From: an uncultured bacterium | Lineage (GTDB): Bacteria > Verrucomicrobiota > Lentisphaeria > Victivallales > UBA1829 | Direction: 5' to 3' | NCBI GenBank assembly: GCA_900548385.1 | Contig: URKJ01000001.1 | Location: 72,360-136,359 of the forward strand | DNA: 64,000 bases | Part shown: in pieces, positions 1 through 9,700 of the stretch | How the letters are laid out: each line of letters begins with the position of its first letter | Position numbering within the stretch: position 1 is the first letter of the stretch | Position numbers and translations under genes: made by a program | The notes under the pieces: generated by a model | Database searches by the model: none | Told to the model about the DNA's origin: nothing | Seen by the model: only the letters and a program-made list of their open reading frames with translations

Positions 1-147
1 AAAAAGACCTTGTTTTGATTAATGAAATGTTCCGCAGGCAGAATAATGTAGCGATCTTTGCGGAAAAATCAACTGTTTTTCTTTTTTTTCATGAAAAGCG
101 GGTGTATATTATATCATTATAAATTGCATTACAACCGGAGATTTGTT

Positions 148-2013
148 TTGAGCGCTGAATATTTTGATGTTGTCGTGGTGGGCGGCGGCCATGCCGCATG
201 TGAAGCCGCACTGGCTTCCGCAAGAACGGGCGCGTCCACGCTGATGCTTGCGATCAATCTGGACCATATTGCACAGATGAGCTGCAACCCTGCGATCGGC
301 GGGATCGCGAAAGGACACGTCGTCCGTGAGATTGATGCGCTCGGCGGAGCGATGGGACGTGTCACGGATGCCGCGGCGCTCCAGTTCCGTCTCCTGAACC
401 TTGGAAAAGGGCCCGCCGTCTGGTCGCCCCGTGCCCAGTGCGACAAAGTGTGTTACCAGAAAGCGATGAAACGGGAAGTGGAGCTTCAGCCCAATCTTCA
501 GATCCGTCAGGGGACCGCATGTTCGTTTCTGCTGGAAAACGGCAGGATCGCCGGGATTGTCGGAGAACTCGGCGAGGAGTTCCGCGCGAAAGCCGTGGTT
601 CTGGCGACCGGGACGTTTCTGCACGGGAAACTGCATTACGGGCTCCGCAACATGCCCGGAGGACGCGCCGGGGATCCGCCGTCGGTGGAGCTTGCCGTTG
701 CGCTCCGGGAGCAGCTGAACCTGCGGGTCGGACGCCTCAAAACCGGAACGCCGCCGCGCATTCTCGGCAAATCCATTGATTTTTCGCAGATGGATACTCA
801 GGCCTCCGACGACGTGGAGGAGCAGTTTTCCTTTTTCCCGTCCGACTCCGTCCGCCCGCGCGCGGAACACCGCAATGTGCCCTGCCATCTGGTCTATTCC
901 AATCAGAAAACCGCTCAGATCGTCCGTGACAATCTTGATAAGGCTCCGATGTACCGCGGTGTGATTGAGGGGGTCGGCGCACGGTACTGTCCGTCGTTTG
1001 AAGACAAGGTCGTCCGGTTCGCCCATCATGAGCGTCATCTGCTCTATATCGAACCGGAGGGCGAGAATACGGACGAATATTATATCAACGGAATCTCGAC
1101 CAGTCTGCCGCCGGAAATTCAGATTCAGATGCTGCGGACCGTTCCCGGACTGGAGCGGGTGGAGATTGCGCGCTATGCGTATGCGATCGAATATGATTTC
1201 GTCTACCCGGAAGAGTTGTCGCGTTCGCTCGGCGTGAAAAAATATCCCGGTCTGTTTCATGCCGGACAGCTGAACGGGACCAGCGGCTACGAGGAGGCCG
1301 CGGGGCAGGGGCTCGTCGCCGGACTCAATGCCGCCCGCTATGCCGCCGGGCTTGATCCCGTTGAATTCGGACGCGACGAGGCGTATATCGGGGTGATGAT
1401 TGACGACCTGGTGACGAAGGAGATTGTCGAGCCGTACCGTCTGTTCACGAGCCGCGCGGAACACCGGCTTTCCCTCCGTCAGGACAACGCGGATTTCCGG
1501 CTCTGCGAAAAAGCGTATTCGCTGGGGCTTCTTCCGGAAGAAAAATACCGGAACTTCAGGGAATATGCCGCTCTCTGCGATACGGTCGAAATCCGTTGCA
1601 AGACTCAGAAGGAGCGGGGACGCTCTCTGTGGGATCATCTCAAGGATCAGCAGGGGACTTACAATGCGGAAACTCTTCCGTTTGATCTGGCACAGCTCGA
1701 ACTTGATAACGGGAATCCGCTTCACCGCCGTGTGATGCGCCAGCTTGCGATCCGTTCGCACTATGAGGGATATTTGAAGCGGGAAGAGCAGTCCGTCGCA
1801 AAACTGCACGCTCTGGAAGCATGGCGCATTCCGGAAGATTTCGATTACGAAACGGTCAAGGGACTCCGGAACGAATCCCGGATGAAGCTGACGAAAACGC
1901 GCCCGACCAGTCTTGCGCAGGCGGGGCGGATCGACGGTGTGACGCCCTCCGAAATCGCATTGCTGCAGGTGCATATCATGCGCCGCCGCAGAGAGGCGGA
2001 ACGGCATGGCTGA
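148..2013 (+). CDS. mnmG: tRNA uridine 5-carboxymethylaminomethyl modification enzyme MnmG (GidA)
   Basis: ORF 58..2013. FAD-binding DVVVVGGGHAACEAA and MSCNPAIGGIAKGHVVREIDALGG are typical of MnmG. Start placed at TTG 148, preceded by GGAG (137-140); ATG 91 is an alternative. Confidence 0.93.
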   Translation: MSAEYFDVVVVGGGHAACEAALASARTGASTLMLAINLDHIAQMSCNPAIGGIAKGHVVREIDALGGAMGRVTDAAALQFRLLNLGKGPAVWSPRAQCDKVCYQKAMKREVELQPNLQIRQGTACSFLLENGRIAGIVGELGEEFRAKAVVLATGTFLHGKLHYGLRNMPGGRAGDPPSVELAVALREQLNLRVGRLKTGTPPRILGKSIDFSQMDTQASDDVEEQFSFFPSDSVRPRAEHRNVPCHLVYSNQKTAQIVRDNLDKAPMYRGVIEGVGARYCPSFEDKVVRFAHHERHLLYIEPEGENTDEYYINGISTSLPPEIQIQMLRTVPGLERVEIARYAYAIEYDFVYPEELSRSLGVKKYPGLFHAGQLNGTSGYEEAAGQGLVAGLNAARYAAGLDPVEFGRDEAYIGVMIDDLVTKEIVEPYRLFTSRAEHRLSLRQDNADFRLCEKAYSLGLLPEEKYRNFREYAALCDTVEIRCKTQKERGRSLWDHLKDQQGTYNAETLPFDLAQLELDNGNPLHRRVMRQLAIRSHYEGYLKREEQSVAKLHALEAWRIPEDFDYETVKGLRNESRMKLTKTRPTSLAQAGRIDGVTPSEIALLQVHIMRRRREAERHG

Positions 2014-2962
2014 TTCCTCCGACGGTTTTCTGCCGTCCGCAGGCGGTGTCCTGCGGCGTCTCTGCGCGCGGAAACTGGCGCTTGTTTCCCTGATCGTTAC
2101 GCTCGTTTATCTGGGAATGGCGGTTTTTGCGGAGGGATATGCCGCCTGGTGTTCCGCCCGCAATACGGAGCCGGTCTACCAGCTGCGGGACGAATCCGCG
2201 CGGAATCAGGCGCCGTCTGCCGCCCACTGGCTTGGAACGGATTACCTCGGACGCGACGTACTGATCCGGGCGCTGTTTGCGACTCGGACCGCAGTGAAAG
2301 TCGGGCTGATCGCGTCCCTGATCGCTACCCTGTTCGGCGTTACGCTTGGAATCTGCGCCGGGTACTTCGGCGGGACGGCGGACGATATTGTCGTGTGGAT
2401 TTACAGCACGTTTGCTTCCATGCCGTCTCTGTTGTTTATTCTGGCGTTTGCCCTGCTTGTGACCAAAGGTTTTCTGCTGCCGTCGATGAAGAGCGTTTTT
2501 GACTCAATCGCACATGTTCTGCGGGCGGAACCGGGAATGTTGGCGGTTTATCTGGGAATCGGATTGACCGGCTGGGTGTCGCTTTGCCGCGTGGTCCGTG
2601 CGGAGGCGATGCGGATCCGGGAGACGCAGTATGTTCAGGCGGCGCGTACGCTTGGAGCAAGCTCGTTCTCAATCGTTTTCCGGCATGTGCTTCCGAATCT
2701 GATGCACCTGGTTATTATTTACTTCACCATGCAGTTCGCGTTTGCGATCATGACGGAAGTCATTGTCAGCTATCTGGGGCTCGGTGTGCAGTTCGAGCCG
2801 AGCTGGGGCGTGATGATCGCCGACGGGCAGGAGCGGCTGTGGCGCGGCGTCTGGTGGGAAGTCGGTACGGCGACTCTGTTCATGTTCGTGCTGGTTCTCT
2901 GCCTGAACATTCTGGGTGACGCTCTGCGTGACGCGCTGGATCCCTCATTACGCGGCAGCTGA
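2006..2962 (+). CDS. ABC transporter permease, DppC/OppC (binding-protein-dependent transport inner membrane component) family
   Basis: LGTDYLGRDVLIRALFATRTAVKVGLIASLIATLFGVTLGICAGYFGG matches the OppC/DppC N-terminal signature. Multiple hydrophobic spans. Overlaps the mnmG stop by 8 nt. Confidence 0.85.
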   Translation: MADSSDGFLPSAGGVLRRLCARKLALVSLIVTLVYLGMAVFAEGYAAWCSARNTEPVYQLRDESARNQAPSAAHWLGTDYLGRDVLIRALFATRTAVKVGLIASLIATLFGVTLGICAGYFGGTADDIVVWIYSTFASMPSLLFILAFALLVTKGFLLPSMKSVFDSIAHVLRAEPGMLAVYLGIGLTGWVSLCRVVRAEAMRIRETQYVQAARTLGASSFSIVFRHVLPNLMHLVIIYFTMQFAFAIMTEVIVSYLGLGVQFEPSWGVMIADGQERLWRGVWWEVGTATLFMFVLVLCLNILGDALRDALDPSLRGS

Positions 2963-2965
2963 AAA

Positions 2966-3670
2966 TCAGGATTCCGACCGCCGGACCAGTTCCTGAAACA
3001 GAATGCGCGCATGATCCGCCGCATGAAACATGCGTTCCGGATGCCACTGAATCCCCCAGATAAAGGATTTCCCGTTTACCGCGATTGCTTCAATAAGCCC
3101 GTCATCCGCTTTTGTCATGACCGTCGTTCCCGGTGCGGGAAGACGGATCCCCTGATGGTGCAGACTGTTCACTTCCAGAGAGCCTGCCGGGATCAACTTG
3201 TGCAACGGGGTGCCCGGACACAGATTGACCTTGTGGACCGGTTTGTCATGGGGGAGCCGCTGACGGTGCGTAAGCGGTGTCCGGGTTTGTGACGGCAGGT
3301 CCTGCCAGAGTTTGCCGCCGAGCAGGACATTGATCAGCTGTGCACCCCGGCAGATTCCGAGCAGAGGCAGATCCCGTTCCATTGCGTATTGAAAAACGAT
3401 CCGGTCTGTCCGGTCCCGGTGCGGACAGATTTTTCCGCATTCGGGCAGGGGGTGTTCCCCGTACAGTTCCGGGTCGACGTCCTGTCCGCCGGTCAGAAGA
3501 ATGCCGCTGCAGAGGCTGATTGCCCGCTGCAGAACGACGCTGTCATCCGTCAGCGGCAGGATGACGGGAACGCCGCCTGCGTTCTGGACGGCATCCATGT
3601 AATCCGCCCGCATCTGCAGACAGCGGTTTTCTTCCTCATACAGCGGAGTGAGACCGATTACTGGTTTCAT
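2966..3670 (-). CDS. Class I glutamine amidotransferase-like hydrolase (peptidase C26, gamma-glutamyl-GABA hydrolase PuuD-like)
   Basis: Nucleophile elbow GICRGAQLINVLLGG, plus HHQ and IWGIQWHPE (His/Glu of the triad). Confidence 0.85.
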   Translation of the reverse strand: MKPVIGLTPLYEEENRCLQMRADYMDAVQNAGGVPVILPLTDDSVVLQRAISLCSGILLTGGQDVDPELYGEHPLPECGKICPHRDRTDRIVFQYAMERDLPLLGICRGAQLINVLLGGKLWQDLPSQTRTPLTHRQRLPHDKPVHKVNLCPGTPLHKLIPAGSLEVNSLHHQGIRLPAPGTTVMTKADDGLIEAIAVNGKSFIWGIQWHPERMFHAADHARILFQELVRRSES

Positions 3671-3765
3671 CTTGAATCCTTTGAAAAGAAGAGAGGCAAT
3701 AATGCGTGAACATTATTACCTCTCCGGTTCATGCGTCTCTTCCCGTCTGCCGGGAAGAATCCGGC

Positions 3766-6700
3766 TTATCTGGTGGAATACGCCAGATTATAGGAGTTCG
3801 ACCACGAATTGACGTTGTTCGGACTCTTGGCGCGGATTTCCACGAAGTACTCGCCTGCGGCAAGCATACTCTTCGAGCTGTATCCGCTGTCTGTCTTGAT
3901 CAGAGAGACATTACCCGATTTTCCGCCATACTCGCTGGTCATCTTGAGGCTGACTTTTCCGCTGAAGTTGAAATTCAGATCAAGATAGCTTTCCTTATCC
4001 AGAGTGATCTTGTAGAAGTCACTGGGTTCATTATAGCCGACCCAGTCGGAAGTCGTCTGTCCGGCGGTGAGCGCCATGGCGTTTTCCTTGACGTTGTTGC
4101 CGCGGGAAGCGGGGGCGTAGCTCTCGTTGATCGAGAGATTGTAGAACGAGTTCTGATACCCCTTGCCTTTATCTCCGGATTCAACCGAGATATAGTACTC
4201 CTGTCCGGCTTTCAGCAGAACGTCCTTGCCGAAGATGTCGGCTGTTGCGTACTTTGCATCGGGTGTGCCCTTGATCGTTTTGCTCTTGAGCTTTTTGCCG
4301 GTGGTGTCGTACAGCGTCACTTTTATCTTGGATTCCACTTCCGTTATACCGAGTTCGACTGCTCCGTTGAGTGCGGATGTGAACTTGTAGTAGTCCACTT
4401 TGTCTCCGTATCCGACCCATCCGCCGGAGAAGAGACCGTGCCCGTTGACGTCGAGGAGAACCGACTGTGCGGATCCCGTGTCATTGTTCGCGGTTGCCGG
4501 CTGGAAGAGGTTGTCGGAAACGCCGATCGTGTAATCTGCGTTCTGCTTGCCTTTTCCTTTGTCGCCGGATTCCACCACGATGTACACTTTGCCTGAGGGG
4601 CAGAGAGCCGGTTTTTTGAAGATATTGGAATACTGTCCGGCTTTTACCGAAGCGGATGTAATCTTTCTGTAATCCGCATTGTAAACCGTTACCTTGACTT
4701 TGGCATTGGTGGAAACCGAAAGATTCAGGGAACCGGCAATGTCGCTGTTGATGACATAGTAGTCCTGAGCTTCGAGGTATCCCACGAATCCGGAAATGGA
4801 TCCGGTCTTCTGGCTGTCCGTCGTTGTCAGAATGATCTCTTCCGACTGATCGCCGAACCCTTTGTTCGGGGTCCAGTCCGGGAAGTAGGTCGAATCGAAA
4901 TTCAGGACATAGGAAGTCTGGGTATTGAACTTCTTCTTGTCCATGGCTTCCACCTTGATATAATAGAGGTTGGAGGCCAGGAGGTAATCGCTGAGCAAGG
5001 TTCCGCCGCCTGCGTTGACGGTGAACGATTTGAGCTTTTTCCATTTTCCGGACTGGTTGTCGGCATACAGCGTGATCTTGACTTTCTGGGAAAGTCCGGT
5101 GATGGAGAGGTTCAGTCTGCCGTTTTTCTCCACGCCGTCGTAACGGTAATAATGTTCGACATTGCCTTCCGTTCCGATCGTGCTGGTGATCGTTGCGGAA
5201 TAGGATCTGTCCGGCGTCGCGGAGGCGTTTGTATGTCCTTCCGGGTCCATGATTGATGTTCCGCTGCCCGGGTATATGGGATTCGGGACACCGCAATGTA
5301 CGGTCTGGCTGTTGCTGACCGGACTCCGTTTGCCGGAACCGTCGATAGCCGTCACCGTGACGGTGTAGGTACCCGCCGAGACCGGGAGCTCTTTGCCGCC
5401 GATAACGACCGTTGTGTCATTGATGTGCGGCTGAGTATAGAACAGCAGGGGCGCATCCACTCCGTTGGAGAGTGCGATTTCGTAGGTGTAGATTCCGAAC
5501 GGATCGAATACCGGCGACCATTCCAGATTCCACAGCGTTCCGTTGCTGCCTTCGACTTCTTCCGGAGCGTAAAGCTCCACCTGATCCGGAGCATAGTAAT
5601 CGTTCAAAGAGCGGTCCAGATCCTTGTCGGCGAGTTTGAACACATTTGTCTTGGAGTAGACGGTCTCGTTGCCGTAGGAGTCGATTGCGCAAACGCGCCA
5701 GTAAATGTCGGGGACATCGTTGTAGGTTGAGTAATAACCGTTTTTGCCCTGAGCCATTCCGGCGATATAGGCAATGCCGTTGTTGTCGGTGCTGAGCGTG
5801 AAGCTGCTGCCGGTGAACTCCTCGGAAAGGAGGAGATAATCGGAAGCGAAGTCCGCGGAGCTTGCCAGCTCGATCCGGTATTTGACCGCATCCGTGAACG
5901 TCGAATCCATGTCGAACTTGACGCTGATGCTGGTCGGCTGCCGGACCTGTGCACCGTTGCTGACTGTCGGGTCGTCCACCATCTCGTATGAAACGGTGAT
6001 GGTGGTATCCATGTCCGTGAATTCGCCTTTCGGCGGAGTCAGCTTGACGAAGAACGATCCCTGACCCTGAAGATAGCCTTCGTTTCCTGCCCAGTCTTTG
6101 GCTCCGACCCACCAGTTGTAGGTGCCTTCGGAGATGCCGTTGGCGAGGAGAATATCTCTTGTCAGAGTATAATTCGTTGCTCCGCCGACCGTGATGCAGA
6201 TCGCTTTTCCCGGATCGAGGGTCGAACTGGTGCTGAAGTAGAGGTTGTACTCTTTCAGACCGGAGACCGGTTCCCCGGCGGCACCGTTCGGATCGACTGC
6301 TCCGGACCATGTCAGCTGATAATTGTTGCCGGTGAGATCGGTGAGCGTCGTATTGGAGCTCGTAAACACCGGCTTCGTGACGTCGGTCATAGTCGAGAGG
6401 ACTTTGGATGTGACGGGCACATCAGGATAGTTCGTATCTCTGGCAACGATCACATAATCATATTTCGCATTGGGCGACACGGTGAAATTGAATTTCGTGG
6501 CGGAGGCGTCGGCTGTCATGAACGTTTCATAAACACCGCTGCCTGCAACGGCGCGTTTCAGTTCATAACCGGTTGGGATTCCGGAGCCGATGGACCACGA
6601 AATCGTAATGTTCAGCATGTCATTTTCATAAACGGACACGAGCTGTTCGTTTTTGAAAGTGAACGATTCCGGCGGCGGAACATAGCCGTCAAGCGTGAAC

Positions 6701-9700
6701 GTCTTATCGGCTTTCTGTTTGCCGGAGGAGAAGCCTTTTTCGTCAAAGGCTTCAACCGCCCATTCATAGACCGTATCTCCGAGGAGGACTTTGGTCATGG
6801 TGTCGTTCAGGAACGCTTTGACCGTGATGTTGGTCGATGTGTATTCCGGGGTGACTTCAATCCACTCCGTGGTGTTCTGCTGACGGACGTAGAGTTTGTA
6901 CCCTGAAAGCTGATAGGGCGATGAACTCGCTTCCGCCCAGGTGAAGTTGACGGTATAACCGTAATTTTCCACGGTTGCGCTGACATCCATTTCTCCGGTA
7001 GAGAGCAGGATCGTTCCCGGTTCTTCCGCCGTGATGGTCAGAGTCGGGGATTCAAAGACATTGCCGGCATTGTCTTCAACAAGAAGCCGCCAGTAAGTCG
7101 GGCATTCGTTGTTGTCGCCGACAACCGGAATATCCCGGGTGTCGATGGGCGGAGCCGTAACCGTGTAGGAGGACAGACCTTCCAGTTGAGCCGCATAACG
7201 GACATCAACGGTGATCCACTGCTTTTGTCCGCCGCTGGAGATTTTCTGGTACTGAACCGTATAGCTGTAAATGCCGGAAGGCGCGTCGATTTCCGAACTT
7301 TCCGGATCGTAGCCGCAGTTGACGGTCAGAGTCACCGCAAAATTTCTGCCGCCGGACGGATTTTCCACATACAGGTCATTTTTGTTTTCCGGTTCTTCCC
7401 AGGCGATGCTTGCCCCTGCCGGTTTGGTGATGTCTCCCTGCAGATCGCCGGATTTCAGGGCAGCGGATTCATTGCCGGAATAATCACGGGCGGTAATGTA
7501 ATAGCTGATCTTCTGATTCAGGCCGGAAAGACCGCTGATCACCGCTTTGTAATACTGATCCGAGTTCGGAGCAAGACGGATAGACTTATAGGAGGAGTCG
7601 CCTTCTTCTTTGTAGTAGAGCACATAGAATGCAATACCGGAACCGGTATCGTCCGCCAGTTTGCCATACCAGTTCAGGGTGACGGTATTCTTCGCATAAT
7701 TGTTCAGCGTCTGTTCCCCTGTATTCGGATTGGTTTCTTCCACACCGTCTGTTTTGACATAGTAGAAGTGGGGAGTGATTGCGATATTCTGACTGTTCGG
7801 AGTTGCAACCGGCGCTGTTGTATCGCCTCCGACCGTTGTGAAATGATAATTTTCACTCCAGATTTCATCCGCCGGTTCTCCGCCGGTCCCGTTGTTGGAA
7901 ACCGCTTTGACCCTCCAGTAATAATTGTTGCTGAAATCGACGTTGGACAGATAGAATTTATTGGTCGTGACACGGCGTGTCACAACTGTAAAGTTGGTAT
8001 TGTTTCCACTCCAGATCGCTTCCAGTTCCTCATCCGTCAAATTGGAGATGCTCTCGTCGTTGGTTGTAAAGAACTGGATCTCATAATATTGAAGTCCGGA
8101 TTCAAACGTATCACGCATATCATCCCACTGAAGAATGCTGACGGAATCGGCAAGCTGCCCGACCCGGAGATTCATCAGACCGGCAACCTGTGCCGTTTCT
8201 TCCTTGAGTGTGCCGTTTTCGATTTCGATTACATCGGACCATTCACTGGTCGTATAGGAACTGGTCGACGCAACATTTTTCAAACGGAGGCGGACTCTGA
8301 CCGCATCGCCCTGCTGAATATCGCTGAGCGTGTAAGAGGTCGCCAGATAATCCAGCGTGACAACGGTAGAGTTGCTCCAGCTGCCGTCTTTCTTTTTAAT
8401 GCTGTATTCCAGTTCATAACGGTTGGCATCCGTCAGGGCTTTGTTCAGCGCGGTATTCCATTCGACAATGAACTCTTCCGCTTCGGAGTCGATTCTTCCG
8501 GTTACGGTGAGGGTATCAATGCGTTCGGAGGAACCGGAAGCCGTATTGATGATTTCCGTCTGAATATTTTTGATCGTGTAGTCTGCCGGAACGGTGAAGC
8601 TGCTGCTTGTGCAGGGAACCGTGAGCTCGTAGGTTCTGGCTTTGCCTGTTTCATCGGTTACGATATTGCCGTTTCCGTCATACAGATTGTAGGTGATGTG
8701 GAGACTGTAATTGCTGTCATAGTTGAGCTTGTCGCGGTCGATGTCATTGGAGAATGTGTAGGAAATCACATTGCCGTTGATTTCCAGATTGACCGTGTTG
8801 GCAAGCCGTCCCTGATATGCCGTTGCCGATTTCGTTACTTCGACGGAGACCGTATTTCCCTGAACTCTGCCGGTGATACTCGTTCCATCGGTAAAGGTGA
8901 CAACCGGGCTGGAATTCATATTCAGCAGTTTTGCTTCTCCCTTGTAGACTACGGTCAGGTTTTTGCTGCCGCCGGCGACCATGCCGCTGTCAAAGAGCGT
9001 ATAAGTCACACCGCTTGCCGCATCGTTGAGGTCGACGACATAAGTCGTACTTTCTTCGATGAAACTGCCGTTGTAGACTTTTTCGTTGCGGATGTCTCCG
9101 TTGACGGAACCATATTGATTCAGCATGAACGTAACGTTTCTTCTTCCGCCCTGATCGGTGGCGTCTGAAATCAGTTCTCCATTGATCTGTGCGTTACTGT
9201 CAATATAGATTTCATCGGTTCCGGAACCAAGATTGATGTTTCCTGTGATCGTGGCTCCCGCTGCGATTTCAATGTGGTCATTTCCTCCGCGCCAGGTTGT
9301 AAGCGTGTAACCGCGTCCGTTTGCGGAGGATTTGGACGGCTGATAAGAATAATAGCCGGAATAGATGGCGTAGTCGCCCGCTGTTCTTCCGACATTGATG
9401 TCGGAAGAAATGCGGATGTTGGTGGCTCCGGAATCCCGGATCATCAGACCGACTTTAATTGCATTGGTTCCGGTTACGGTAATATCCCCGATAATATCGA
9501 ACGAGGAGGTCTGGACGTTGAAGACGGAATCCACATTATTGACGAATTTGTCAATCTGAGCGCCGATAGCCAACCCGGTTTCAACTGTGAGATTGATATT
9601 CGCCGCCAAAGAACCTGCGTTCAGCGTTTCCGCCTTGATGCCGATCACCGTTGCATAAGCTCTTTCGCCGGCTTCCGCTCCGCTGAGGTTCATTGTGATA

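Noticed and set aside
109-2007. 632-aa ORF antisense to mnmG. Similar long antisense or alternative-frame ORFs include 7186..9168, 13278..15245, 25024..26292, 27092..28384, 31492..32607, 32770..33840, 41280..43049, 42833..43888, 44236..45282, 47079..48269, 55996..57567, 58517..59383, 59774..60793 and 61884..63107.
   Set aside because: These are shadow ORFs typical of high-GC DNA. Their translations are Arg/Pro/Gly-rich low-complexity sequences with no recognisable motifs. In every case the opposite or other frame carries a clearly motif-bearing protein.
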